From assembly GCF_044704955.1 (NCBI RefSeq), contig NC_091989.1, positions 110,856,001 to 110,920,000 on the forward strand: a stretch of 64,000 nucleotides of DNA, given 5' to 3'. Position 1 is the first letter of the stretch, and the number at the start of each line of letters is the position of its first letter. Shown piece by piece: positions 27,631 through 40,930 of this stretch. The position numbers and the translations under genes are program-made. The notes under the pieces were generated by a model. That model saw only the letters and a list, made by a program, of their open reading frames with translations, ran no database searches and was not told the origin of the DNA. Source of the stretch: Pristiophorus japonicus (Eukaryota).

Positions 27631-28187
27631 GCTGTCCCAACCCTGGCACAGGTTGTCCAATCACTGGCACAGGCTGTCGCAACCCTGGCACAGGCTGTCC
27701 CAAGACTGGCACAGGCTGTCCCGACTATGGCACAGGCGCTACCATCCCTGGCACAGGCTGCCACAACCCTGGCACAGGCTGTCCCAAACCTTACACAGGC
27801 TGTTCCGACTCTGGCAGTGGCTATCCCTATCCTGGCACAGGCTGTCCCAAACCTGGCACAGGCTGTCCCAACCCTGGCAGAGTCTATCTCGCTCTCTCGG
27901 CACAAGCTGTCCCAACCCTGGCACAGGTTGTCCAATCACTGGCACAGGCTGTCGCAACCCTGGCACAGGCTGTCCCAAGACTGGCACAGGCTGTCCCGAC
28001 TATGGCACAGGCGCTACCATCCCTGGCACAGGCTGCCACAAACCTGGTACAGGCTGTCCCAAACCTTACACAGGCTGTTCCGACCCTGGCAGTGGCTATC
28101 CCTATCCTGGCACAGGCTGTCCCAAACCTGGCACAGGCTGTCCCAACCCTGGCAGAGTCTATCTCGCTCTCTCGGCACAAGCTGTCC
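27631..28187 (+). repeat. 275-bp tandem duplication (about 13 monomers)
   Basis: 27631-27905 repeats at 27906-28180; ORF ends 27739 and 28014 are 275 bp apart. Confidence 0.85.
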
Positions 28188-31100
28188 TAACACTGGCATA
28201 GGTTGCCCCAATCCTGGCACAGAAAGCTCCAACGCTGACACAAGCACAAGCAGTCCCAACCCTGGCACAGGCCATTCCAACCTTGGCACAGGTTTTACCA
28301 ATCCTGGCATAGGCCATTCCAACCTTGGCACAGGCTCTACCAACCCTGACGCAAGCTGTCCCAACCCTGGCACGGGTTGTCCCTACCCTGGCACAGGCTC
28401 TACCAACAAAGGCACAGGCTGTCGCAACCCTGGCACAGGCTGGCGGAAACCATGGCACAGGCTGTACACAACCCTGGCACAGGCAGACCCAAGCCTGGCA
28501 CAGGCTGCCACAATCCTGGCACAGGTTGTCACAAACCTTGGTTCAGGCTCTACACAACCCAGGCGCACGCTGTCCCAACCCTGGCACAGGCTGCCACAGC
28601 CCTGGGACAGGCTGGCCCAACTCTGGCACATGCTCTACCAACCCTGGCACAGGCTGTCCCGACTATGGCACAGGATCTACCATCCATGGCACAGGCTGTC
28701 CTAACCCTGGCACAGGCTATCCAAACCTTGGCACAGGCTATGCCAACCTTGGTACAGGCTATCCCAACCCTGGCACATGCTGTCGCAACCCTGGCACAGG
28801 CTGTCCCAACCCTTACACAGGCTGTTCCGATCCTGGCAGTGGCTATCCCTATCCTGGCACAGGCTGTCCTAAACCTGGCACAGGCTGTCCCAACCCTGGC
28901 AGAGTCTATCTCGCTCTCTCGGCACAAACTGTCCCAACCCTGGCGTAGGTTGCCCTAATCCTAGCACAGGCAGCTCCAACGCTGGCACAAGCACAAGCGG
29001 TCCCAACTCTGGCACAGGCCATTCCAACCTTGGCACAGGCACTACCAAACCTGGCACAGGCCATTCCAACCTTGGCACAGGCTCTACCAACCCTGACGCA
29101 AGCTGTCCCAACCCTGGCACGGGCTGTCCCTACCCTGGCACAGGCTCTACCAACAAAGGCACAGGCTGTCGCACCCCTGGCACAGGCTGTCGCAACCCTG
29201 GCACAGGCTGACGCAAACCTTGGCACAAGCTCTACACAACCATGGCACAGGCACCCAACCCTGGCACAGGCTGCCACAATCCTGGCACAGGCTATCACAG
29301 ACCTTGGTTCAGGCTCTACACAAACCAGGTACACGATGCCCCAAACCTGACACCGGCTGCCACAACCCTGGCACAGGCTGGCCCAACTCTGGCACATGCT
29401 CTACCAAAACTGGCACAGGCTGACCCAAAGCTGGCATAGTCTCTACCAACTTTGGCACAAGCTGTCATGACCCTGGCTCAGGCTGTCCCAAATCTGGCAC
29501 AGGCTCGACCAAGTCTGGCACTGGCGGTCGCAACCCTGGCACAGCCTATCCCAACGGTGGCACAGGCTATCGCTAGCCCGGCACAGGCTATCCCAACCCT
29601 GGCACATGCTGTCGCAAGCCTGGCACAGGCTGTCCCAACCCTGACACAGGCTGTCCCAAACCTGGCACAGGCTGTCCTAACCCTGATACAAGCTGTCCCA
29701 ACTCTGGCACAGGCAGTCCTAGCCCTGGCGCAGGCTCATCTTATTCCTGGCACAGGCTGTCCTGAGTGTGGCACAAGCTGTCCCAACTCTGCCAAACGCT
29801 CTACCAGCCCTGGCACAGGCTATACCAACCATGGCACAGGCTCGTTACATCCCTGGCACAGGCTGTCATGCCCCTGGCACAGGCTATCGTGACCCTGGAA
29901 CAGGCTGTTGCAACCCTGGCACAGGCTCTACCAACCTTAGCACAAGCTGTCACCACCCTGCCACAGGCGGTTCCAACTCTGGCACAGGCCGTACCAACTG
30001 CACAGGCTCGTATCAACAACAATGGCACAGTCTGTCCCAACCCTGGCACTGTCTGTCCGAACCGTGGCACATGCTGTCCCAAACCTGGTACAGGCTATTG
30101 CTAATTTGGCACAGGCTATCCCAACCCTGGCACAGCCTGTCCCAACCCTGGCACAGACTATCCCAACCCTGGCACAGACTGTCCCATCCCTGGCACAGAC
30201 TGTCACAACACTGGCACAGACTCAACAGAACCCTGGCACAGGCTCTACCAACCCTAGCACAAGCTGTCCCCACCCTGGTACAGGCAGTCCCAACCCTGGC
30301 AGAGTCACGCCTCAACAATGGCACCAGCTGACCCAACGCTGACACAGACTACCAACTCTAGCATAGGCACTACAAACCCTGGCACAGGCTCTACCAATCC
30401 TATCACAGGCTGTCCCGAACCTGGCATAGGCTGTCCCATCCCTGGCACATGCTATCCAGACCCTGGCACAGGCTTTCCCAAACTTGGCACAGGCTATCTC
30501 AACCCTGGCACAGTTTGTCGCTACACTGGCACACGCTGTCCCGACCCTGGTACAGGCTGTCTCACCCCGGGCACATCTGTCCCACGCCTGGCAGGAGCTG
30601 TCCCATCCCAGCACAGGCTGTCCCAACTCTGACACAGGCTATCGCTACCCTGGCACAGGCTATCCCAATCTTGGCACCGGCTGTCCCAACCCTAGCACAG
30701 GCTCTTCTAGCTCTGGCACAGGCACTGCCAACCCTGTCGCAGGCTGTCCCGAACCTGGCACAGGCTGTCCCAACCGTGGCACAGGCTATCCCAACCGTGG
30801 CACAGGCTATCCAGACCCTGGCACTGGCTATCCCAACGCTGGAACAGGCTGTCCCAAACCTGACACAGGCTGTCCCAACCCTGGTACAGGCTGTCCCAAA
30901 CCAGACACAGGCTGTCCCAACCCTGGCACATGCTGTTGCAACCCTGGCACAGGATGTCCGAACTCTGGCACGGGCTGTCCTAATCCTGGCACAGGCTATT
31001 CCAACCGAGGCACAGGCTATCCAGACCCTGGCACTGGCTATCCCAACGCTCGTCTCATCCCTGGCACAGACTGCCCCGACTGTGGCACAGGCTGGCCCAA

Positions 31101-32872
31101 CCATGGCACAGGCTCTATCAACCATGGCACATGCTGTCCCCACCCTGGCACAGGCGGTTCCAACCCTGGCACAGGCTCGTCTCAACAATGGCACCGGCTG
31201 TCCCGACCCTGGCACAGACTGTCCCAATCCTGGCACAGGCTGTAACAACCCTAGCACTGTCTGTCCGAACTCTGGCACAAGCTGTCCCATCCCTGGCACG
31301 AGCTGTCCCCAACCTGGCACTGGCGGTCCCATCCCTGGCAGACTCTCGTCTCAACAATGGCACCGGCTGTGCCAATTCTGGCACAGGCTCGTCTAGCTCT
31401 GGCACAGGCACTACCAACCCTGTCGCAGGCTGTCCCGAACCTGGCACAGGCTGTCCCAACCGTGGCACAGGCTATCCCAACCGTGGCACAGGCTATCCAG
31501 ACCCTGGCACTGGATATCCCAACGCTGGAACAGTTTGTCGCAACACTGTCGCAGGCTCTCCCGACCTTGACACGGGCTGCGCCAACCTTGGCACAGGCTG
31601 TCCCAAACCTGACACAGGCTGTCCCAACCCTGGTACAGGCTGTCCCAAACCAGACACAGGCTGTCCCAACCCTGGAACATGCTGTTGCAACCCTGGCACA
31701 GGATGTCCGAATTCTGGCACAGGATGTCCCAACCCTGGCACAGGCTGCCCCAACCCTGACACATGATATCCCTATCCTGGCACAGGCTGTTCCAACTCTG
31801 GATACAAGCTGTCCCAACCCTGGCACAGGCTATCCCTATCGTGGCGCAAGCTGTCCCAACCCTGGCAAAGGCTCATCTCAAACCTGGCACAGGCTCGTTT
31901 CAAGCCTTGCACAGGCTGTCCAAACCCTGGCACAGGCTCTACCAACCCTGGCAAAGTTAGTCCCGACCCTGGCACAGACTCTACCAACCCTAGCATAGGC
32001 TGTCCCAGCCCTGGCACATGCTATCCCGACCCTGGCACAGGCTGTCCCAACCGTGGCACAGGATGTCCGAACCCTGGCACAGGATGTCCCAACCCTGGCA
32101 CAAGCTGCCCCAACCCTGACACATGATATCCCTATCCTGGCACAGGCTGTCCCAACTCTGCATACAAGCTGTCCCAACCCTGGCACAGGCTATCGCTATC
32201 GTGGCACAGGCTGTCCCAACCCCGGCAAAGGCTCATGTCAAACGTGGCACAGGCTAGTTTCAAGCCTTGCACAGGCTGTCCAAACCCTGGCACAGGCTCT
32301 ACCAACCCTGGCACAGTCAGTCGCGACCCTGGATCAGACTCTACCAACTCTAGCATAGGCTGACCCAGCCCTGGCACAGGCTATCCCGACCCTGGCACAG
32401 TCTGTACCAACTGTGGCACTCAGTCCGAACCCTGGCACAGGATGTCCGAACCCTGGCACAGGATGTACCAACCCTGGTACAGGCTATCGCTATCCTGGAA
32501 CAGGATGTACAAACCCTGGCACAGGCTCGTCCCGACTCTGGCACAGGCTGTCCCGAACCAGACACAGGCTATCCCGACCCTCGCACAGGCTATCCCCACC
32601 CTGGCACAAGCTATCCGACCCTGGCACAGGTTATCCCAACACTGACACGGGCTGTCCCTACACTGGCACAGGCTATCACAACCCTGGCACAGGCTGCCAC
32701 AACCCTGGCACAGGCTGTCCCCACCCTGACACAGGCTGTTGCAACGCTGGCACAGGCTGTCGCAACCTTGGCTCAGGCTGCTCCAACATTGGCACAGGCT
32801 GTCGCAACACTGGCACAGACTCTAGCAACCTTGGCACAGGCTATCCCAACCCTGGCACAGGTTGTCCAATCA

Positions 32873-35800
32873 CTGGCACAGGCTGTCGCAACCCTGGCAC
32901 AGGCTGTCCCAAGCCTGGCACAGGCTGTCCCGACTATGGCACAGGCGCTACCATCCCTGGCACAGGCTGCCACAGCCCTGGCACAGGTTATCCCAACCCT
33001 TACACAGGCTGTGCCGACCCTGGCAGTGGCTATCCCTATCCTGGCACAGGCTGTCCCAACCCTTACACAGGCTGTTCCGACCCTGGCAGTGGCTATCCCT
33101 ATCCTGGCAGAATCTATCTCGCTCTCTCGGCACAAGCTGTCCCAACCCTGGCATAGGTTGCCCCAATCCTGGCACAGGCAGTCCCAACGCTGACACAAGC
33201 ACAAGCGGTCCCAACCCTGGCACAGACCATTCCAACCTTGGCACAAGCTTTACCAATCCTGGCACAGGCCATTCCAACCCTGATGCAAGCTGTCCCAACC
33301 CTGGCACGGGTTGCCCCTACCCTGGCACAGGCTCTACCAACAAAGGCACAGTCTGTCGCAACCCTGGCACAGGCTGACGCAAACCCTGGCACAGGCTGTA
33401 CACAACCCTGGCACAGGCAGACGCAACCCTGACACAGGCTGCCACAATCCTGGCACAGGCTGTCACAAACCTTGGTTCAGGCTATACACAACCCAGGCAC
33501 ACGCGGTCCCAACCCTGGCACAGGCTGCCACAGCCCTGGCACAGGCTGGCCCAACTCTGGCACATGCTCTACCAACCCTGGCACAGGCTGTCCCGACTAT
33601 GGCACAGGATCTACCATCCATGGCACAGGCTGTCCTAACCCTGGCACAGGCTATCCCAACCTTGGCACAGGCTATCCCAAACTTGGTACAGGCTATCGCA
33701 ACCCTGGCACAGACTGCCACAACCTTGGCACAGGCTGTCCCAACCCTTACACCGGCTGTTCCGACCCTGGCAGTGGCTATCCCTATCCTGGCACAGGCAG
33801 CTCCAACGCTGGCACAAGCACAAGCGGTCCCAACTCTGGCACAGGCCATTCCAACCTTGGCACAGGCTCTACCAAACCTGCACAGGCCATTCCAACCTTG
33901 GCACAGGCTCTACCAACCCTGACGCACGCTGTCCCAACCCTGGCACGGGCTGTCCCTACCCTGGCACAGGCTCTACCAACAAAGGCACAGGCTGTCGCAC
34001 CCCTGGCACAGGCTGACGCAAACCCTGGCACAGGCTCTACACAACCCTGGCAACGGCAGACCCAACCCTGGCACAGGCTGCCACAATCCTGGCACAGGCT
34101 GTCACAAACCTTGGTTCAGGCTCTACAGAACCAAGGCACACGCTGCCCCAACCCTGGCACAGGCTGTCACAGCCCTGGCACAGGCTGGCCCAACTCTGGC
34201 ACATGCTCTACCAACCCTGGCACAGGCTGACCCAAAGCTGGCATAGGCTCTACCAACTTTGGCACAAGCTGTCATGACCCTGGCACAGGCTGTCCCAAAT
34301 CTGGCACAGGCTCGACCAAGTCTGGCACTGGCTGTCGGAACCCTGGCAAGGCTCTCCCAACCCTAGCACAGGCGGTTCCAACCCTGGCACGTGCTGTCCA
34401 ACCCCTGGCACAGGCTGTCCCAACGCTGGCACAGGCTGTCGCAACCCTGGCACAGGCTGTCCCAAGCCTGGCACAGGCTGTCCCGACTATGGCACAGGCG
34501 CTACCATCCCTGGCACAGGCTGCCACAGCCCTGGCACAGGTTATCCCAACCCTTACACAGGCTGTTCCGACCCTGGCAGTGGCTATCCCTATCCTGGCAC
34601 AGGCTGTCCCAACCCTTACACAGGCTGTTCCGACCCTGGCAGTGGCTATCCCTATCCTGGCAGAATCTATCTCGCTCTCTCGGCACAAGCTGTCCCAACC
34701 CTGGCATAGGTTGCCCCAATCCTGGCACAGGCAGTCCCAACGCTGACACAAGCACAAGCGGTCCCAACCCTGGCACAGACCATTCCAACCTTGGCACAAG
34801 CTTTACCAATCCTGGCACAGGCCATTCCAACCCTGATGCAAGCTGTCCCAACCCTGGCACGGGTTGCCCCTACCCTGGCACAGGCTCTACCAACAAAGGC
34901 ACAGTCTGTCGCAACCCTGGCACAGGCTGACGCAAACCCTGGCACAGGCTGTACACAACCCTGGCACAGGCAGACGCAACCCTGGCACAGGCTGCCACAA
35001 TCCTGGCACAGGCTGTCACAAACCTTGGTTCAGGCTATACACAACCCAGGCACACGCGGTCCCAACCCTGGCACAGGCTGCCACAGCCCTGGCACAGGCT
35101 GGCCCAACTCTGGCACATGCTCTACCAACCCTGGCACAGGCTGTCCCGACTATGGCACAGGATCTACCATCCATGGCACAGGCTGTCCTAACCCTGGCAC
35201 AGGCTATCCCAACCTTGGCACAGGCTATCCCAAACTTGGTACAGGCTATCGCAACCCTGGCACAGACTGCCACAACCTTGGCACAGGCTGTCCCAACCCT
35301 TACACCGGCTGTTCCGACCCTGGCAGTGGCTATCCCTATCCTGGCACAGGCAGCTCCAACGCTGGCACAAGCACAAGCGGTCCCAACTCTGGCACAGGCC
35401 ATTCCAACCTTGGCACAGGCTCTACCAAACCTGGCACAGGCCATTCCAACCTTGGCACAGGCTCTACCAACCCTGACGCACGCTGTCCCAACCCTGGCAC
35501 GGGCTGTCCCTACCCTGGCACAGGCTCTACCAACAAAGGCACAGGCTGTCGCACCCCTGGCACAGGCTGACGCAAACCCTGGCACAGGCTCTACACAACC
35601 CTGGCAAAGGCAGACCCAACCCTGGCACAGGCTGCCACAATCCTGGCACAGGCTGTCACAAACCTTGGTTCAGGCTCTACAGAACCAAGGCACACGCTGC
35701 CCCAACCCTGGCACAGGCTGCCACAGCCCTGGCACAGGCTGGCCCAACTCTGGCACATGCTCTACCAACCCTGGCAAAGGCTGACCCAAAGCTGGCATAG

Positions 35801-35994
35801 GCTCTACCAACTTTGGCACAAGCTGTCATGACCCTGGCACAGGCTGTCCCAAATCTGGCACAGGCTCGACCAAGTCTGGCATTGGCTGTCGCAACCCTGG
35901 CAAGGCTCTCCCAACCCTAGCACAGGCGGTTCCAACCCTGGCACGTGCTGTCCAACCCCTGGCACAGGCTGTCCCAACGCTGGCACAGGCTGTC
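32873..35994 (+). repeat. Tandem duplication, period 1553/1554 bp
   Basis: ORF pairs 32948/34501, 33114/34667 and 33635/35188 are offset by 1553, then 34250/35804 by 1554 after a 1-bp indel near 33880 (AAACCTGCACAGG vs AAACCTGGCACAGG). Confidence 0.92.
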
Positions 35995-38900
35995 CCAACG
36001 CTGGCACAGGCTATCGCTAGCCCGGCACAGGCTATCCCAACCCTTGCTCATGCTGTCGCAAGCCTGGCACAGGCTGTCCCAACCCTGACACAGGCTGTCC
36101 CAAACCTGGCACAGGCTGTCCTAACCCTGGCACAAGCTGTCCGAACTCTGGCACAGGCTGTCCTAGCCCTGGCACAGGCTCATCTCATTCCTGGCACAGG
36201 CTGTCCTGACTGTGGCACAGGCTGTCCCAACTCTGACACACGCTATACCAACCCTGGCACATGCTATCCCAAACCTACCACAGACTGTCCCATCCCAACC
36301 CTGGCACAGGCTGTCACAACACTGGCACAGACTCAACAGAACCCTGGCACAGGCTCTACCAACCATAGCACAAGCTGTCCCCACCCTGGTACAGGCAGTC
36401 CCAACCCTGGCAGAGTCACGCCTCAACAATGGCACCAGCTGACCCAACGCTGGCACAGACTACCAACTCTAGCACAGGCACTACCAACCCTGGCACAGGC
36501 TCTACCAATCCTATCACAGGCTGTTCCGAACCTGGCATAGGCTGTGCCATCGCTGGCACAGGCTGTCCCAACTCTGGCACAGGCTATCGCTATCCTGGCA
36601 CAGGCGATCCAAACGCTGGCACAGGCTATCTCAACCCTGGCACAGTTTGTCGCAACACTGGCACAGGCTGTCCCGACCCTGGTAGGGCTGTCTCATCTCG
36701 GGCACATCTGTCCCACCCCTGGCACAGGCTGTCCCATCCCGGCACAGACTGTCCCAACTCTGGCACAGGCTATCGCTACCTTGGCACAGGCTATCCCAAT
36801 CCTGGCACTGGCTGTCTCAACCCTGGCACAGGCTATCCCAACATCGGCACAGGCTGTCCGAATCCTGGTACAAGCTGTCCCAGCCCTGGCACAGGCTCGT
36901 CTCATCCCTGGCACAAACTGCACCGACTGTGGCACAGGCTGGCCCAACCATGACACAGGCTCTATCAACCTTGGCACAAGCTGTCCCCACCCTGGCACAG
37001 GCGGTTCCAAACCTGGCACAGGCTGTACCAACTCATCTCAACAATGGTACCGGCTGTCCTGACCCTGGCACAATCTGTCCCAATCCTGGAACAGGCTGTT
37101 ACAACCCTGGCACTGTCTGTCCGAACTCTGGCACAAGCTGTCCCCGACCTGGCACTGGCGGTCCCAACCCTGGCAGATTCTCGTCTCAACAATGGCACCG
37201 GCTGTCCCAATTCTGGCACAGGCTCTTCTAGCTCTGGCACAGGCACTGCCAACCCTGTTGCAGGCTGTCCCGAACCTGGCACAGGCTGTCTCAACCGTGG
37301 CACAGGCTATCCCAACCGTGGCACAGGCTATCCAGACCCTGGCACTGGCGATCCCAACGCTGGAACAGTTTGTCGCAACACTGTCGCAGGCTGTCCCGAC
37401 CTTGACATGGGATGCCCCAACCCTGGCACAGGCTGTCCCAAACCAGACACAGGCTGTCGCAACCCTGGCACATGCTGTTGCAATCCTGGCACAGGATGTC
37501 CGAACCCTGGCACAGGATGTCCCAACCATGGCACAGGCTGCCCCAACCCTGACACATGATATCCTTATCCTGGCACAGGCTGTCCCAACTCTGGATACAA
37601 GCTGTCCCAAACCAACCCTGACACATGATATCCCTATCCTGGCACAGGCTGTCCCAACTCTGGATACAAGCTGTCCCAACACTGGCACAGGCTATCCCTA
37701 TCATGGCGCAGGCTGTCCCAACCCTGGAAAAGGCTCATCTCAAACCTGGCACAGGCTGTCCCAACCCTGGTACAGGCTGTCCCAAACCAGACACAGGCTG
37801 TCGCAACCCTGGCACATGCTGTTGCAATCCTGGCACAGGATGTCCCGACCCTGGTAGGGCTGTCTCATCCCGGGCACATCTGTCCCACCCCTGGCACAGG
37901 CTGTCCCATCCCGGCACATGATATCCCTATCCTGGCACAGGCTGTCCCAACTCTGGATACAAGCTGTCCCAACCCTGGCACAGGCTATCCCTATCATGGC
38001 GCAGGCTGTCCCAACCCTGGCAAAGGCTCATCTCAAACCTGGCACAGGCTCGTTTCAAGCCTTGCGCAGGCTGTCCAAACCCTGGCACAGGCTCTACCAA
38101 CCCTGGCAAAGTCAGTCCCGACCCTGGCACAGACTCTACCAACCCTAGCATAGGCTGTCCCAGCCTTGGCACAGGCTATCCCGACCCAGGCACAGGCTGT
38201 CCCAACTGTGGCAGTGTCTGTCCGAACCCTGGCATAGGATGTCCGACCCTGGCACAGGATGTACCAACCTTGGTGCAGGCTATCGCTATCCTGGCACAGG
38301 CTCAACAAACCCTGGCACTGGCTTGTCTCATCCCTAGCACACGCTGCCCGACCCTGGCACACCAACTCTGGCACAGGCTCTACCAATCCTGGCATAGACA
38401 GTCCCGATCCTGGCACATACTCTATCAACCCTAGCACAAGCGGTCCCAACCCTGGCACAGGCCATTTCAACCTTGGCACAGGCTCTACCAACCCTGGCCC
38501 AAGCTGTCCCAACACTGACACAGGCTGACGCAAACCCTGGCACAGGCAGACCCAACCCTGGCACAGGCTGCCACCATCCTGGCACAGGCTGTCACAAACC
38601 TTGGCACAGGCTCTACACAACCCAGGCACATGCTGTCCCAACCCTGGCACAGGCTGCCACAGCCCTGGCACAGGCTGACCCAACGCTGGCACATGCTCTA
38701 CCAACCCTGGCACAGGCTGGCCCAAAACTGGTATAGGCTCTACCAATTTTGGCACAAGCTGTCCCGACCCTGGCACAGGCTATCCCAATCCCGGAACAGG
38801 CTTGCCCCAAACCTGGCAGAGGCTGTCACAAATCTGGCACAGGCTCTACCAAGTCTGGCACTGGCTGTCGCAACCCTGGCACAGGCTGTCGCAAACCTGG

Positions 38901-40930
38901 CACAGGCTCTCCCAACCCTGGCACAGGCTGTACCAATGTTGGCACATGCTGTTCCCATCCTGGTACAGGCGGTTCCAACTCTGGCACAGGCTGTACCAAC
39001 AGCACAAGCTCGTCCCAACAATGACACAGCCTGTCCCAACCCTGGCACCAACTGTTCAACACTGGCACCGACTGACCCGACCTTGGCACAGGGTATCCCA
39101 ACCCTGGAACTGTCTGTCCGAACCCTGGCACACGCTGTCCCAAACCTGGTATTGCGCATCTGGCACAGGCTGTCCCCACCCTGGCACAGGCAGTCTCAAA
39201 CCTGGCAGATCACGCCTTAACAATGGCACCAGCTGACCCAACGCTGGCACAGACTCTACCAACTCTGGCACAGGCACTACCAACCCTGGAACAGGCTCTA
39301 CCAATCCTGTCACAGGCTGTCCCGAACCTGGCATAGGGTGTCCCATCCCTGCCACAGGCTATCCCAACCTTGGCACAGGCTATCTCAACCCTGGCACAGT
39401 TTGTCACAACACTGGCACAGGCTGTCCCGACCCTGGCACAGGTTGTCTCACCCCGGGCACAGTCTGTCCCACCCCTGGCACGGGCTGTCCCAACTCTGGC
39501 ACAGTCTGCCACAATCCTGGCACAGGCTATCCAAACGTTGGCACAGGCTATCGCTATTCTGGCACAGGCTATCCTAATCCTGACACCAGCTGTCTCAACC
39601 CTGGCACAGGCTGTCCCAACCCGAGCACACGCTGTCCCAAACCTGGCACAGGCTGTCACAACCCGAGCACACGCTGTCCCAAACCTGGCACAGGCTGTCG
39701 CAAACCTGGCACAGGCTGTCTCAACCCTAGCACACGCTGTCCCCAACTTGGCACAGGCGGTCCCAACCCTGGCAGACTCTGGCCTCAACAATGGCACCGG
39801 CTGACCCAATTCAGGCATGAGCTCTTCCAGCTCTGGCACAGGCACTGCCATCCCTGTCGCAGGCTGTCCCGAACCTGGCACAGGCATTCCCGACCATGGC
39901 ATAGGCTATCCAGACACTGGCACAGGCTATCCCAACCTTGGCATTGGCTATCCCAAACCTGACACAGGCTGTCCCAACTCTGGTACAGGCTGTCCGAAAC
40001 CTGACACAGGCTGTCCCAACTCTGGCACAGGCTGTTGCAGCCCTGGCACATGTTCTCCCAACCATGGCACAGGATGTCCAAACACTGGCACAGGATGTCC
40101 GAATCCTGGCACAGGCTGTCCCAACCGTGGCACAGGCTTTCAAGACCCTGGCACAGGCTATCCCAAAACTGGAACAGTTTGTCACAACACTGTCGCAGAC
40201 TGTCCCGACCCTGACACGGTCTGTACCAACCCTGGCACACGCTGCCCCAACCCTGGCACACGCTGCCGCACCCCTGGCGCAAGCTGTCCCCAACCTGGCA
40301 CAGACTGTCCCAACCCTGGCACGGGCTGTTGCAAACCTGGCACAGGCTGACCCAACCCTGGCACTGGCTGTCGCAAACCTGACACAGGTTGTCCCAAACC
40401 TGACACAGGCTGTCCCAACCCTGGTACAGGCTGTCCCAAACCTGACACAGGCTGTCCCAACCCTGGCACAGACTGTCCCATACCTGACACAGGCTGTCTC
40501 AACCCTGGCACAGGCTGTCCCATACCTGACACAGCCTGTCCCAACCCTGGCACGGGCTGTTGCAAACCTGGCACAGGCTGACCCAACCCTGGCACAGGCT
40601 GTCCCAAACCTGACACAGGCTGTCCCAACCCTGGTACAGGCTGTCCCAACCCTGGTACAGGTTGTCCCAAACCTGACACAGGTTGTCCCAAACCTGGCAC
40701 AGGCTGTCCCAACCCTGGTACAGGCTGTCCCAAACCTGACACAGGCTGTCCCATACCTGACACAACTGTCTCAACCCTGGCACAGGCTGTCCCATACCTG
40801 ACACAGCCTGTCGCAACCCTGGCATAGGCTGTCCCAAACCTGACACAGACTGTCCCAACCCTGGCATAGGCTGTTGCAACCCTGGCACATGTTCTCCCAA
40901 CCCTGGTACAGGATGTCCCAAATCTGGCAC

